Below are positions 1-8,238 of a stretch of DNA of 19,766 nt, in pieces. The stretch is from NCBI GenBank assembly GCA_016235455.1, contig JACRKZ010000001.1:1-19766 (forward strand). Direction: 5' to 3'. Every line of letters begins with the position of its first letter. Position 1 is the first letter of the stretch. Below the pieces are notes generated by a model, which searched no databases, was not told the origin of the DNA, and worked only from the letters and a program-made list of their open reading frames with translations. Made by a program: the position numbers and the translations under genes. This DNA is from Armatimonadota bacterium (GTDB lineage Bacteria > Armatimonadota > UBA10988).

Positions 1-657
1 CAGCAGGTCGGTCAGCGAGCGATGGAAGACCCACTGCGCCTCGGGCTGGCCGACGATGCCTTCGGTCAGCCGCGCGGTCGGCGCGCGATAGCCCAGCACG
101 CGCACGCCGGCGCGGGGGGTGTAGCGACCGTCGGATCCCTCGGTCAGCTCGCAGAACCGCTCACTGGGCGCGGAGTGGAAGCAGGGGTGCGTGACCGAGA
201 AGACGAACGACCCGCGCGCGGACAGCAGGCTCGGCAGGGCCGCGAGCAGCGGGGCGATGTCGGGCATGTCCATCAGCGCCATGGTGCAGACCGCGCGGTC
301 GAAGCCCCGCTGGCCGAGCGCGGCCAGGTCGACGGCGTCGGTGGCATTGCACACACGGTAGTCGATAGGCAGCTCGCCGGGCGTACGCTGGCGAGCGAGT
401 TCGATGAACGAAGGGCTCTGGTCGAACGCGGTCACTCGGGCGCCAAGGGCGGCCATGCGCCGCGCCAAGCGGCCGCCGCCACAAGCGATGTCGAGCACCG
501 CCATGCCGGGCGCGAGATCGAGCAGGTCCAGCGTGGCCGGCTCAATGAGCAGGTCCTGGAAGTCGTTGCCGTCACCGATGCGAGCGTCCCACCACGCCGC
601 GTTGGCGTCCCAGCGGCGCTCGTTGTCGGCGTTTTGCTCGGCGAACCCTGCGTCCAC
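1..657 (-). CDS. Class I SAM-dependent methyltransferase (Methyltransf_11/25-like), 3' end outside the window
   Basis: Not in the ORF track because it has no stop in the window. Manual translation from GTG at 657 gives MDAGFAEQNADNERRWDANAAWWDARIGDGNDFQ...VLDIACGGGRLARRMAALGARVTAFDQS...FDRAVCTMALMDM...FVFSVTHPCF...FHRSLTDLL. Motif I (VLDIACGGG) and the following acidic residue are intact. It starts 5 nt after the upstream stop. Confidence 0.9.
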   Translation of the reverse strand, partial: MDAGFAEQNADNERRWDANAAWWDARIGDGNDFQDLLIEPATLDLLDLAPGMAVLDIACGGGRLARRMAALGARVTAFDQSPSFIELARQRTPGELPIDYRVCNATDAVDLAALGQRGFDRAVCTMALMDMPDIAPLLAALPSLLSARGSFVFSVTHPCFHSAPSERFCELTEGSDGRYTPRAGVRVLGYRAPTARLTEGIVGQPEAQWVFHRSLTDLL

Positions 658-662
658 GGACG

Positions 663-2129
663 TCAGTCGTCATCGCCGAAGGTCGGCCGCGAGCCGCTCG
701 GCGAGTAGACGCCGGTGAGCTGGGTCAGCCGTTCGCCGGCCTCCCACATGGCCCAGCAGGTCGGGCAGTCGCCGTTGGGCGGGCGCTTGGCGCGGTAGGC
801 GCGATGCACCTTGCAGCCTTCGGCCAGCAGAATAAGGTCTTGCAGGAAGCCCGAGAGGATGGCCAACTGGCTGTCCTCGCGCTCCAGCGCCCGGTCGCTG
901 GACAGCGCCATGGAGATGCTGGGATTGATGATGCGCTGCAGGCGCTCGGTCTCGGTGATGTCCTCGATCGCCTTGTCGTAGCGCGGCAGGAAGCCGTAGG
1001 TGCCGTTGGAGACGCTCCAGGTCACCTGGCCCGAGGGCAGGTCGACGCAGATGAGCGGCTGCCCGTCGTTGCGCTTGCCCAGGCCGGCTTCGTAGCCCAT
1101 GGCCAGAGACAGGCGCGCCACCAGCGAGGCAGCGTCGGTCTCGCGGCGCAGCAGATCGGTGTCGCCCAGCGGCACTTCGACGCGCTGGACCACGTCGGAG
1201 CCACGTCGGGCCTCTTGCGCCGCATCGAGCTGAGCGCTGAGCTGGGCCACGCGAGCGCGCAACTGCTCCACCTCGCCGGCGGCGGCGGCACTCGGCGCGG
1301 CCGTGGCCGCGGGCGGCGCGGCGGTCGCCTTGGCCTGCAACTCGGCGATGCGCGCGTCCCGCTCGGCGACCTGGCGCTCCAGCCCGGACTGCACCTCTTC
1401 GAGCCGCTTGCGCAGCGCGTCATGCTCTTTGGCCGCCTGCTCCTGCACCCGGCGCACGGGGTCGTCATCGCCCGTGGGCTGCACCTTGACCTCAACCTTG
1501 GAGCCGGCCGCCAACTGCATGGGTGCGCCGCGCAGGTGGCCGAACACGGCGGCCAGAACCTGGTCCTGGAGGTCGCTGAGCGCACCGTCGTTCTTGACGA
1601 TCAGATCGCACTCTTCCAGGTCAACATCGACCCCCGGCCGGTCGATACCCACCAGCAGGCCGTCGAGTTCGCGGATCAGCGCGCGCTCGGCCTCGGAGGT
1701 GACATCGTCGACCACCAGGTTGGGATGGGCCTCGGGCTTGTTGTGCTGGCGGAAGACGTCCAGCCAGAACGTCTCGGCGACGCTGTCGGCAAACAGCTCA
1801 AAGACGAAGTCCATGACTTCGCGCGCCGTGGCCAGCGGCTGGCGCCGCGCGGTCTCGCGCATCTTGTGGCTGGCAGCCGGCGGGATGGTGCGCCAGGCCG
1901 ACGCCAGACGGACCATGCCGTCGATGTGGAAAGGCTGCAGGGTGACCGGGTTGGGGAAGGCCTCGTCGGCCTTGGCGGTCATGGTCTCCTCGGATAGACC
2001 GGCAGCCATGGAGATCATATAGCGCAGCCGCTCGCGGAACCCGACGCGCTCATATCCCAACAGTGCCAGCGCGCCAGCCGCCGTGCGACGGCCCGAACCA
2101 CGCGCCCCGGTCAGTCCAATGATTGCCAT
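663..2129 (-). CDS. Multidomain protein: degenerate dNMP-kinase-like P-loop domain + coiled coil + DLPSGQVTW domain + C-terminal CxxH-CxxC putative Zn finger (488 aa)
   Basis: ATG at 2129 has GGAGG 6 nt upstream, so it is preferred over the track start at 2177. The N-terminus IIGLTGARGSGRRT...FW...VVDDV...IDRPG...DLIVKNDGALSDL follows the dNMP-kinase layout. The middle is heptad- and Ala/Pro-rich. The C-terminus reads CKVH-x12-CPTC-W. Confidence 0.8.
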   Translation of the reverse strand: MAIIGLTGARGSGRRTAAGALALLGYERVGFRERLRYMISMAAGLSEETMTAKADEAFPNPVTLQPFHIDGMVRLASAWRTIPPAASHKMRETARRQPLATAREVMDFVFELFADSVAETFWLDVFRQHNKPEAHPNLVVDDVTSEAERALIRELDGLLVGIDRPGVDVDLEECDLIVKNDGALSDLQDQVLAAVFGHLRGAPMQLAAGSKVEVKVQPTGDDDPVRRVQEQAAKEHDALRKRLEEVQSGLERQVAERDARIAELQAKATAAPPAATAAPSAAAAGEVEQLRARVAQLSAQLDAAQEARRGSDVVQRVEVPLGDTDLLRRETDAASLVARLSLAMGYEAGLGKRNDGQPLICVDLPSGQVTWSVSNGTYGFLPRYDKAIEDITETERLQRIINPSISMALSSDRALEREDSQLAILSGFLQDLILLAEGCKVHRAYRAKRPPNGDCPTCWAMWEAGERLTQLTGVYSPSGSRPTFGDDD

Positions 2130-2177
2130 TAATCCCTCCACGGCGAAGCCCCAACCGACTTCGTCATGAGCCCGCAC

Positions 2178-2188
2178 ATCTTAGCACA
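2178..2188 (-). promoter_or_regulatory. Putative extended -10 promoter (TGTG-C-TAAGAT) for the kinase-like gene
   Basis: The minus strand reads TGTGCTAAGAT about 50 nt upstream of ATG 2129, matching TRTGnTAnnnT. No clear -35 was seen. Confidence 0.55.
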
Positions 2189-2286
2189 GGTGCCGCCATT
2201 CCCTCCACCCGATCCCCAAGGTCGGTTCGTTTGGGCGCCATGGCACACCGTGAAACGTGGCGGAGATTGAGGGTTTGCACAGGCCC

Positions 2287-2321
2287 AACCGCCGCCCTCC
2301 CGGGTGGAGAAGACGACGGTT
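2287..2321 (-). terminator. Hairpin downstream of nrdJ (putative terminator or 3' stabiliser)
   Basis: Minus-strand RNA AACCGUCGUCUUCUC-CACCC-GGGAGGGCGGCGGUU forms a 15-bp stem that relies on G-U pairs, so it is strand-specific. It lies 21 nt after the nrdJ stop and has no U-tract. Confidence 0.45.
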
Positions 2322-2342
2322 GAGGCGTGATCTGGCAAACGA

Positions 2343-5300
2343 TCAGCTACAGCCGCTCGTCGACCCGCAGGTCTCGCACTTCAGGCATGTGCCGTTGCGG
2401 ACCATGGTGAATGAGCCGCACTCAGTGCAGGCCTCTCCAGTGTAGCCCTTCAGCCGGGCTTCCGCCATCTTGGCCTGCTTTTCCGTGCCCACACCGGTCG
2501 TCAAGGTGGCGTGCGCCGACTTGGGCACCTTCTGACCGTTGCTGCCGTCCGGCGGCGCCGGCACATCGTCCTCTTCGTTCTCGTCATCGAGCTCGTCGCG
2601 GTTGACCGCATCGCCGCGCAGGTCCTCGGGCGTGACATGGGCCAGGTCGACACGGTCCAGGTAGGTGATGGCCAGCTCGCGGAAGATGTAGTCGATGATC
2701 GACGTGCTCATCTTGATGCGCTCATGACCAGAGACCATGCCGTTGGGCTCGAACCGCGTGAAGACGAAGGCCTCGACATACTCCTCGAGCGGCACGCCGT
2801 ACTGCAGGCCGAGGGACACCGCGATGGCGAAGCAGTTCATCAGACTGCGGAAGGCGGCGCCCTCCTTGTGCATGTCGAGGAAGATCTCGCCCAGGTCGCC
2901 ATTCTCGTATTCGCCGGTGCGCAGGTAGATCTTGTGGCCGCCCACATGCGCCTTCTGCGTGTAGCCGCGCCGGCGGAACGGCAGCTTGTGCCGCTCGGTG
3001 CGCCATCGATAGACCAGTCGCTCGGCCAGCGCCTCGGCCTTGCTCTGCGCCGCCACGGGCGCCGGCAGGGCCGTGGCCAAGGCCAGCGCCACTACATTGC
3101 TGGTGCCGTCCGAGGTGGCCGACAGCGGCTGGCTCAGCTTGCTGCCGTCGCGATACAGCGCGTTGGCCTTGAGCATCATGCGCCAGGACAGCAGGTAGGC
3201 ATCCTTGACGTCGTCGACCGAGGCGTCCTGGGGCATGTTGATGGTCTTGGAGATGGCGCCCGAGATGAACGGCTGGGCCGCGCCCATGATGCGGATGTGG
3301 CTCTCGGCCGACAGGTAGCGCTGGCCATAGCGGCCGCACTTGCCGGCGCAGTCGAACACGCTCAAGTGCTCATCGCGCAGGCCCGGCGCGCCTTCCAGCG
3401 TCATCGTGCCGCAGACGTAGTCGTTGGCCAAGCGGATCTGCTCGGCGGTGAAGCCCAGCGCGGCCAGCAGGTTGAAGTCGAAGCGACCCAACTGCTCGGC
3501 GCCGAAGCCCAGTGACTTGGTGCAGAACTCCTCGCCAAGCGTGAACCGGTTGAACACGAAGGTGATATCGAAGGCCCCTTCGAGCGACGATTCCACCTGG
3601 GCGATGACCTCCGGGGTGAAGCCCTTGGCCGCGAGCTGATCGTGCGTCACCGCCGGGCTGCCGACCAGCGTACCGGCGCCACGGCAGTAGCGGATCATCG
3701 CGTCGACCTCGTCGTCCGCGTAGCCGAGCTTGGTCAGCGCCGCCGGCACGCTCTGGTTGATGATCTTGAAGTAGCCGCCACCGGCCAGCTTCTTGAACTT
3801 GACCAGCGCGTAGTCGGGCTCGATACCCGTGGTGTCGCAGTCCATGACCAGGCCGATGGTGCCCGTGGGCGCCACGCAGGAGACCTGCGCGTTGCGGTAG
3901 CCGTGCGCCTCGCCCAGGTCCTGAGCGCGGTCCCAGGCCCCGCGGGCCGCTTCGCCCAGCGCCGCCGGAATGAACTCGGCGCGCAGGCCTTGGGGCTTGA
4001 TGCTCAGGCCCTCGTAGTCGTCCTCGGCGGCGGCGTAGGCCGCGCGACGGTGGTTGCGCACCACGCGCAGCATGGCTTCGCGGTTCTCGCCATAGCGCAG
4101 GAACGTGCCCAGCTCGGCGGCCATCTCGGCCGACGTGGCATAGGCGTCGCCGGTCAGGATGGCCGACAGCGCCGCCGCCCAGGCGCGGCCCTCGTCGCTG
4201 TCGTAGGAGATGCCCATCTGCATCAGCAGCGCGCCCAGGTTGGCATAGCCCAGGCCCAGCGTGCGGTACTCGTAGCTCAGCCGGGCGATCGTCTCGCTGG
4301 GGAACTGAGCCATGAGCACGCTGATCTCGAGTACGACGGTCCAGAGCCGGATCACGTGCCGGTAGGTGTCGATATCGAACTCGCCCGTGGCCGGGTCAAG
4401 GAAGCGGCACAGGTTGATGCTGGCCAGGTTGCAGGCCGTGTCGTCCAGGAACATGTACTCGCTGCACGGGTTGCTCGCGTTGATGCGGCCGCCCGCGGGG
4501 CAGGTATGCCACTCGTTGATGGTGGTGTCGAACTGCAGACCGGGATCGGCCGAGGCCCAGGCGGCTTGGGCGATCTGGTCCCATAGGTCCACCGCGCGGA
4601 CGCGCTTGGCCTCTTCGCGCCGTGTGCGCCAGCGCAGCACCCACTCACCGTCGGCCAGCACGGCCTGCAGGAAATCGTTGGTCAGCCGCACCGAGTTGTT
4701 GGCGTTCTGACCCGAGACGGTGTTGTAGCCGTCGCCCTGCCAGTCGGTGTCGAACGATGGGAAGGTCAGGCCGGTGTAGCCCTGACGCGCGAACTCGACC
4801 ACCTTTTGCAGGTAGGCGGCCGGCACCGAGGCTTCCACGGCATCGCGCAAGGCCGCGTTGAGCTTGGGATTGACTCGCGGGTCGAACCGCGCCTCGCCCT
4901 CACCCTCACCCTCGCCACATGCGGTGAGCACGGCGCTCAGATGCTTCTGGCACAGCTTGCTGCCGGCGGCCAGCGCGGCCACCTTCTGCTCCTCGACCAT
5001 CTTCCAGGAGATGAACGCCTCGATGTCGGGGTGGTCGATGTCCAGGCAGACCATCTTGGCCGCGCGGCGCGTGGTGCCACCCGACTTGATGGCGCCGGCG
5101 GCACGATCGCCGATCTTGAGGAACGACATGAGCCCAGAGCTGCGCCCGCCGCCACTCAGCCGCTCGCCCTCGCCGCGCAGTGCGCTGAAGTTGCTGCCGG
5201 TGCCCGAGCCGTATTTGAACAGCCGCGCCTCGCGGGTCCACAGGTCCATGATGCCGCCGTCGTTGACCAGGTCGTCGGCCACGGACTGAATGAAGCAGGC

Positions 5301-5843
5301 GTGCGGCTGCGGGTGCTCATAGGCGTTGGTCGAACGGGTCAACTCGCCGCTCTCGGGGTCCACATAGTGGTGGCCCTGGGCTGGGCCGGCGATGCCATAG
5401 GCCCAGTGCAGACCGGTGTTGAACCACTGCGGGCTGTTGGGCGCGGCCATCTGCGCGGCCAGCATGTGGCACAACTCGTCCTGGAAGGCGTCGGCGTCGT
5501 CCTTGCTGTCGAAGTAGCCGTACTTCTCACCCCAGAAGCGCCAGCAGCCCGCCAGCCGCAGGAACACCTGCCGCGCATCGGTCTCGCCCGCGGTGATCGC
5601 ATTGCCCTTGGCATCCTTGCGCGGCTTGCCCTTGGTGTCCAGCACCGGCACGCCCGCACGCCGGAAGTACTTCTGCGCCAGGATGTCGCTGGCCACCTGC
5701 GACCAGTGCGCCGGTACCTGGAACCCCTCGAGCTCGAATACCACCGACCCGTCCGGATTCACAATCCGCGACGTCCGCTTGTCGAACGGCATCTCGCCGT
5801 ACGGCGACTGCCCCGCCTTGGTCAACCGACGCTCAACCTTCAT
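2343..5843 (-). CDS. nrdJ: Adenosylcobalamin-dependent (class II) ribonucleotide reductase with fused TSCPD domain and C-terminal Zn ribbon (1166 aa)
   Basis: Motifs include [40 protein letters not shown], catalytic [40 protein letters not shown], a TSCPD-type [12 protein letters not shown] and terminal CTEC...[11 protein letters not shown]. Start reassigned to ATG 5843 (AGGA upstream) because the track's extension to 5966 runs through the NrdR boxes into the promoter. Confidence 0.97.
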   Translation of the reverse strand: MKVERRLTKAGQSPYGEMPFDKRTSRIVNPDGSVVFELEGFQVPAHWSQVASDILAQKYFRRAGVPVLDTKGKPRKDAKGNAITAGETDARQVFLRLAGCWRFWGEKYGYFDSKDDADAFQDELCHMLAAQMAAPNSPQWFNTGLHWAYGIAGPAQGHHYVDPESGELTRSTNAYEHPQPHACFIQSVADDLVNDGGIMDLWTREARLFKYGSGTGSNFSALRGEGERLSGGGRSSGLMSFLKIGDRAAGAIKSGGTTRRAAKMVCLDIDHPDIEAFISWKMVEEQKVAALAAGSKLCQKHLSAVLTACGEGEGEGEARFDPRVNPKLNAALRDAVEASVPAAYLQKVVEFARQGYTGLTFPSFDTDWQGDGYNTVSGQNANNSVRLTNDFLQAVLADGEWVLRWRTRREEAKRVRAVDLWDQIAQAAWASADPGLQFDTTINEWHTCPAGGRINASNPCSEYMFLDDTACNLASINLCRFLDPATGEFDIDTYRHVIRLWTVVLEISVLMAQFPSETIARLSYEYRTLGLGYANLGALLMQMGISYDSDEGRAWAAALSAILTGDAYATSAEMAAELGTFLRYGENREAMLRVVRNHRRAAYAAAEDDYEGLSIKPQGLRAEFIPAALGEAARGAWDRAQDLGEAHGYRNAQVSCVAPTGTIGLVMDCDTTGIEPDYALVKFKKLAGGGYFKIINQSVPAALTKLGYADDEVDAMIRYCRGAGTLVGSPAVTHDQLAAKGFTPEVIAQVESSLEGAFDITFVFNRFTLGEEFCTKSLGFGAEQLGRFDFNLLAALGFTAEQIRLANDYVCGTMTLEGAPGLRDEHLSVFDCAGKCGRYGQRYLSAESHIRIMGAAQPFISGAISKTINMPQDASVDDVKDAYLLSWRMMLKANALYRDGSKLSQPLSATSDGTSNVVALALATALPAPVAAQSKAEALAERLVYRWRTERHKLPFRRRGYTQKAHVGGHKIYLRTGEYENGDLGEIFLDMHKEGAAFRSLMNCFAIAVSLGLQYGVPLEEYVEAFVFTRFEPNGMVSGHERIKMSTSIIDYIFRELAITYLDRVDLAHVTPEDLRGDAVNRDELDDENEEDDVPAPPDGSNGQKVPKSAHATLTTGVGTEKQAKMAEARLKGYTGEACTECGSFTMVRNGTCLKCETCGSTSGCS

Positions 5844-5905
5844 GATTCCTGCGCGCTCCTCTACGCCAACGCCCGACTTTTCCACCACGACCGGTGGATA
5901 ACCAA

Positions 5906-5953
5906 CCACTATATGTAGTATGTCCCACCTCGGCGAGACACCATATGTAGACA
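5906..5953. promoter_or_regulatory. Tandem NrdR boxes
   Basis: ccaCTATATGTAGtat (5906-5921) and acaCCATATGTAGaca (5938-5953) match the NrdR consensus acaCwAtATaTwGtgt. Their starts are 32 bp apart, the typical tandem spacing, and they lie directly upstream of an RNR gene. Confidence 0.92.
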
Positions 5954-5966
5954 CCGCGAGGTGCAA

Positions 5967-5995
5967 AACGTAGCGCCTGCCAGAAGCCGTGTCAA
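5967..5995 (-). promoter_or_regulatory. Sigma70-type promoter of nrdJ
   Basis: The minus strand has TTGACA (5995-5990), a 17-bp spacer and TACGTT (5972-5967). The predicted TSS near 5960 lies just before the first NrdR box. Confidence 0.85.
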
Positions 5996-6191
5996 CGCCA
6001 TTTGAGCCTAGAACTTATGTTTGCATACGCGGGTCGGCCCGTCAAGCGGGTTCGCGGCGGCCGTGGTGGTTGCCAGCGGTCCAACGCCAGGCGACGGGTG
6101 CGCGAGTCGGGCCTGACGGCCAGCCGGGGGAGTTGGCAAGCGCGGGGCGGGCATGGGTGCGATGCCACTGCCCGGTGGACCGCGCCGGGGC

Positions 6192-7286
6192 TCAGCCTTC
6201 GGCGCGAGCGATGAGTCCGGCGGCCAGCGCGCCGAACACGACGACGTGCAGCCAGGCACCCGCCTCGGGCGAGAGCCAGGCGTTACTGCCGGCGAGCGCG
6301 AGGACCTTGGCCCAGTTGATGGTGCCGTTGGCGAAGAAGACGACGATGATGGTCAGCAGCACGCCCATCATGGGGCTGGTCTGCGGCCGCGCGAAGCGCA
6401 TGCTGAGCGGCGCGGCCAGCATGGTGAAGATCAGGCAGGTCAGCGGCAGGGCCAGCTTGGCGTGCAGGAAGTAGCGCAGCTCGACGGCGGCGCGGCTCTC
6501 GCCCGCGGCGCGCATCAGCGCCAGGCGAGCGCGCGCCTGGCGCACGGTCAACTGCTCGGGCGACTTGTCCTCGTCCCACAGCGAGACCAGGTTGTCGGCG
6601 AACTCCACGGGGTAGGTAGCGAACGGCTCGGTGCGCTCCAGGCGGCCGCGGTCGTCGAACCAGCTGTGCTGGCCGCTCTCGAGCTGCCAGCGCTGGCCCA
6701 CGCGGCGGGCGCGCGCGGCGAGCAGCGCCTCGCGCGGCACGCCGCTGGTGTAGCGATAGATGAGGACGAAGTCCATCTGCGCCGCGCGCATGTCCACCCG
6801 CTGGACGTGACAGAAGGCCTCGCCGCCGGTACGGAATGTCTTGTTGGCCTTGACCACCTGGTCGGGCGACTGGAGGATGACCTTGGCCAGCACCTCGTTG
6901 GCGCGGGCCAGCGACTGCGGCACGATGAACTCGCTGACGGCGAGCGACAGCAGACTGCCGGCCAGACCCGCCCAGAAGAAGGGCCGGAACAGACGCCGCA
7001 CGCTCATGCCGCCCAGGCGTAGGGGCACCAACTCGTTGTCGCGACCGAGGCGGATGACGGTCAAGTTGGCGCTGAGCATGGCGCCCACCGGCAGCGCGAA
7101 GACGAGGATGAACGGCACGCGGTGCCACAGCCAGGCGAAGACCGCGCCGGGCGGTGTGTGGAGCTGGAAGATCTCCTCGCTGGACTGGATGATGGTGTTG
7201 GCCAGGATGACGGCCGCGAAGACCAGCGTGCCGGCCAGGAAGGGCGGCACCATCTCGCGTAGAATGTAGCGATCGATTCGGAGCAC
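6192..7286 (-). CDS. LptF/LptG (YjgP/YjgQ) family LPS export permease
   Basis: N-terminal RIDRYILRE, ALPVGAML...RLGRDNELVPLRLGGMS motif, three TM segments, a periplasmic beta region (ARARR...W.L..G), then KLALPLTCL...APL and three further TM segments. LptF and LptG cannot be told apart here. Confidence 0.92.
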   Translation of the reverse strand: MLRIDRYILREMVPPFLAGTLVFAAVILANTIIQSSEEIFQLHTPPGAVFAWLWHRVPFILVFALPVGAMLSANLTVIRLGRDNELVPLRLGGMSVRRLFRPFFWAGLAGSLLSLAVSEFIVPQSLARANEVLAKVILQSPDQVVKANKTFRTGGEAFCHVQRVDMRAAQMDFVLIYRYTSGVPREALLAARARRVGQRWQLESGQHSWFDDRGRLERTEPFATYPVEFADNLVSLWDEDKSPEQLTVRQARARLALMRAAGESRAAVELRYFLHAKLALPLTCLIFTMLAAPLSMRFARPQTSPMMGVLLTIIVVFFANGTINWAKVLALAGSNAWLSPEAGAWLHVVVFGALAAGLIARAEG

Positions 7287-7325
7287 GATGGCCTCTGGGT
7301 GATCCTCGACGCGGCGTTGCGTCGT

Positions 7326-7336
7326 CTATCATAGCA
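7326..7336. promoter_or_regulatory. Overlapping divergent -10 elements (putative bidirectional promoter)
   Basis: CTATCATAGCA gives TATCAT on + (7327-7332) and extended TG-C-TATGAT on - (7336-7328) inside the 70-bp gap between divergent genes. Confidence 0.55.
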
Positions 7337-7356
7337 GGCTCTCGGGAGGAGCACTG

Positions 7357-8238
7357 ATGCGCTCTAACGCAAAACGCCACCGGTATCTTCCGGCCCTGGC
7401 GGCACTGTTGGTGCTGGCGGCGCCGGTCGTCGCACAGACCGCGCCGGCCGATACGGCCACGGCGTACGAGGAACTGCTCATCGTGCGGCGGCTGCGCGCG
7501 CTGCAGTTGATCAAAGCGCAGGCCGAAGCCATCGCGCCGATGCTGCAGGAACTGGCCAAGGCACGCGTGCGGGCGGACGTGCTCGAACGCGCCTTCTACC
7601 TGGAGACAGCCGACGTGGTGTCCACTTGGGAGATCGGCCAGCTCCGCGGCCAGCCCTTGCCCGACGACGTGCGGCTGTGGCTGGGTACCGCCTGCACCCG
7701 CTACGCCAGGAGCCGGGGACCTGAGGACCAGGCCAGCTACGCGACGGCCAACGCCGTGTGGGCCAGGCTCAGCGAGACGCAACGCACGCTCATCGAGACC
7801 GACGCCGCCGCCAAGGTGCGGCTGGCCAAGGAGGAATCGGAGCGCCGCCGGCGCGATGCCTCGATGCGGCTGGCGCTGTCCGATCTGTCCTGGGTGCGCA
7901 ACGCCGACGATGCGCAATACCCCACGGAGCGTGCCACCCGTGCCGAGGCCGTGGCCAAGGCCATTCGACCCGACGGTGACGCGGCGACGCTGCAGATGCT
8001 CAGCGGCCGCATGGTGGCGTTCTACGACGCGGTGCGCCGCATGAGCGCGGTGCAGTACAACGCGTCGCTGCCCCGGCTGCCCCAGCAACTCAAGTACGTG
8101 CTCGACCCGCCGCTGCCCAAGCCGGCCAACGCACCGCTGATGACGGGCGCGGAGTGGGTGGCCTTCATCCAGGATCCGCGGACGCTACTGGTGCTGATCA
8201 AGATCATGCCCGTTCTGCCCACCGAGGTGGCGCCATGA
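7357..8238 (+). CDS. Secreted all-helical hypothetical protein with LTxxQ-like motifs
   Basis: GGAGGAG RBS, Sec signal (KRHR...LAALLVLAAPVVA|Q), and motifs LQLIKAQ and RLSETQRTLI. Confidence 0.8.
   Translation: MRSNAKRHRYLPALAALLVLAAPVVAQTAPADTATAYEELLIVRRLRALQLIKAQAEAIAPMLQELAKARVRADVLERAFYLETADVVSTWEIGQLRGQPLPDDVRLWLGTACTRYARSRGPEDQASYATANAVWARLSETQRTLIETDAAAKVRLAKEESERRRRDASMRLALSDLSWVRNADDAQYPTERATRAEAVAKAIRPDGDAATLQMLSGRMVAFYDAVRRMSAVQYNASLPRLPQQLKYVLDPPLPKPANAPLMTGAEWVAFIQDPRTLLVLIKIMPVLPTEVAP

Noticed and set aside
22-708. 228-aa plus-strand ORF in the track
   Set aside because: It is the antisense shadow of the minus-strand methyltransferase and has no motifs.
2343-5843. Intein, intron or ATP-cone in nrdJ
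   Set aside because: The catalytic motifs are contiguous, there is no HN/C-type splice junction or homing-endonuclease insert, and the N-terminus lacks an ATP-cone signature. The length is explained by the TSCPD and Zn-ribbon fusion.
663-5843. Prophage call from RNR plus dNMP-kinase-like gene
   Set aside because: There are no integrase, att, structural or lysis genes, nrdJ has host-type NrdR control, and no compositional break is evident.
804-5918. Long plus-strand ORFs (804-1997, 2511-3515, 3642-4586, 4806-5918)
   Set aside because: They are antisense shadows of real genes, expected at this GC content and codon bias.
5844-5966. 41-aa N-terminal extension of NrdJ from the track's TTG start
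   Set aside because: It begins upstream of the predicted TSS and crosses the NrdR boxes, whereas ATG 5843 has an RBS.
6016-6027. TATG-N4-CATA palindrome about 60 bp upstream of the nrdJ TSS
   Set aside because: The 4-bp arms are too short to support a binding-site call without comparative data.
5996-6191. Cobalamin riboswitch near the B12-dependent RNR (GCCACTG at about 6164-6170)
   Set aside because: The motif is on the wrong strand and upstream of the promoter, and the other core elements (GGGAA, B12 box) are absent.
6283-8088. 601-aa minus-strand ORF
   Set aside because: It overlaps lptF/G out of frame and the 7357 gene in antisense, and its Arg/Gly/Pro-rich composition is typical of a spurious frame.
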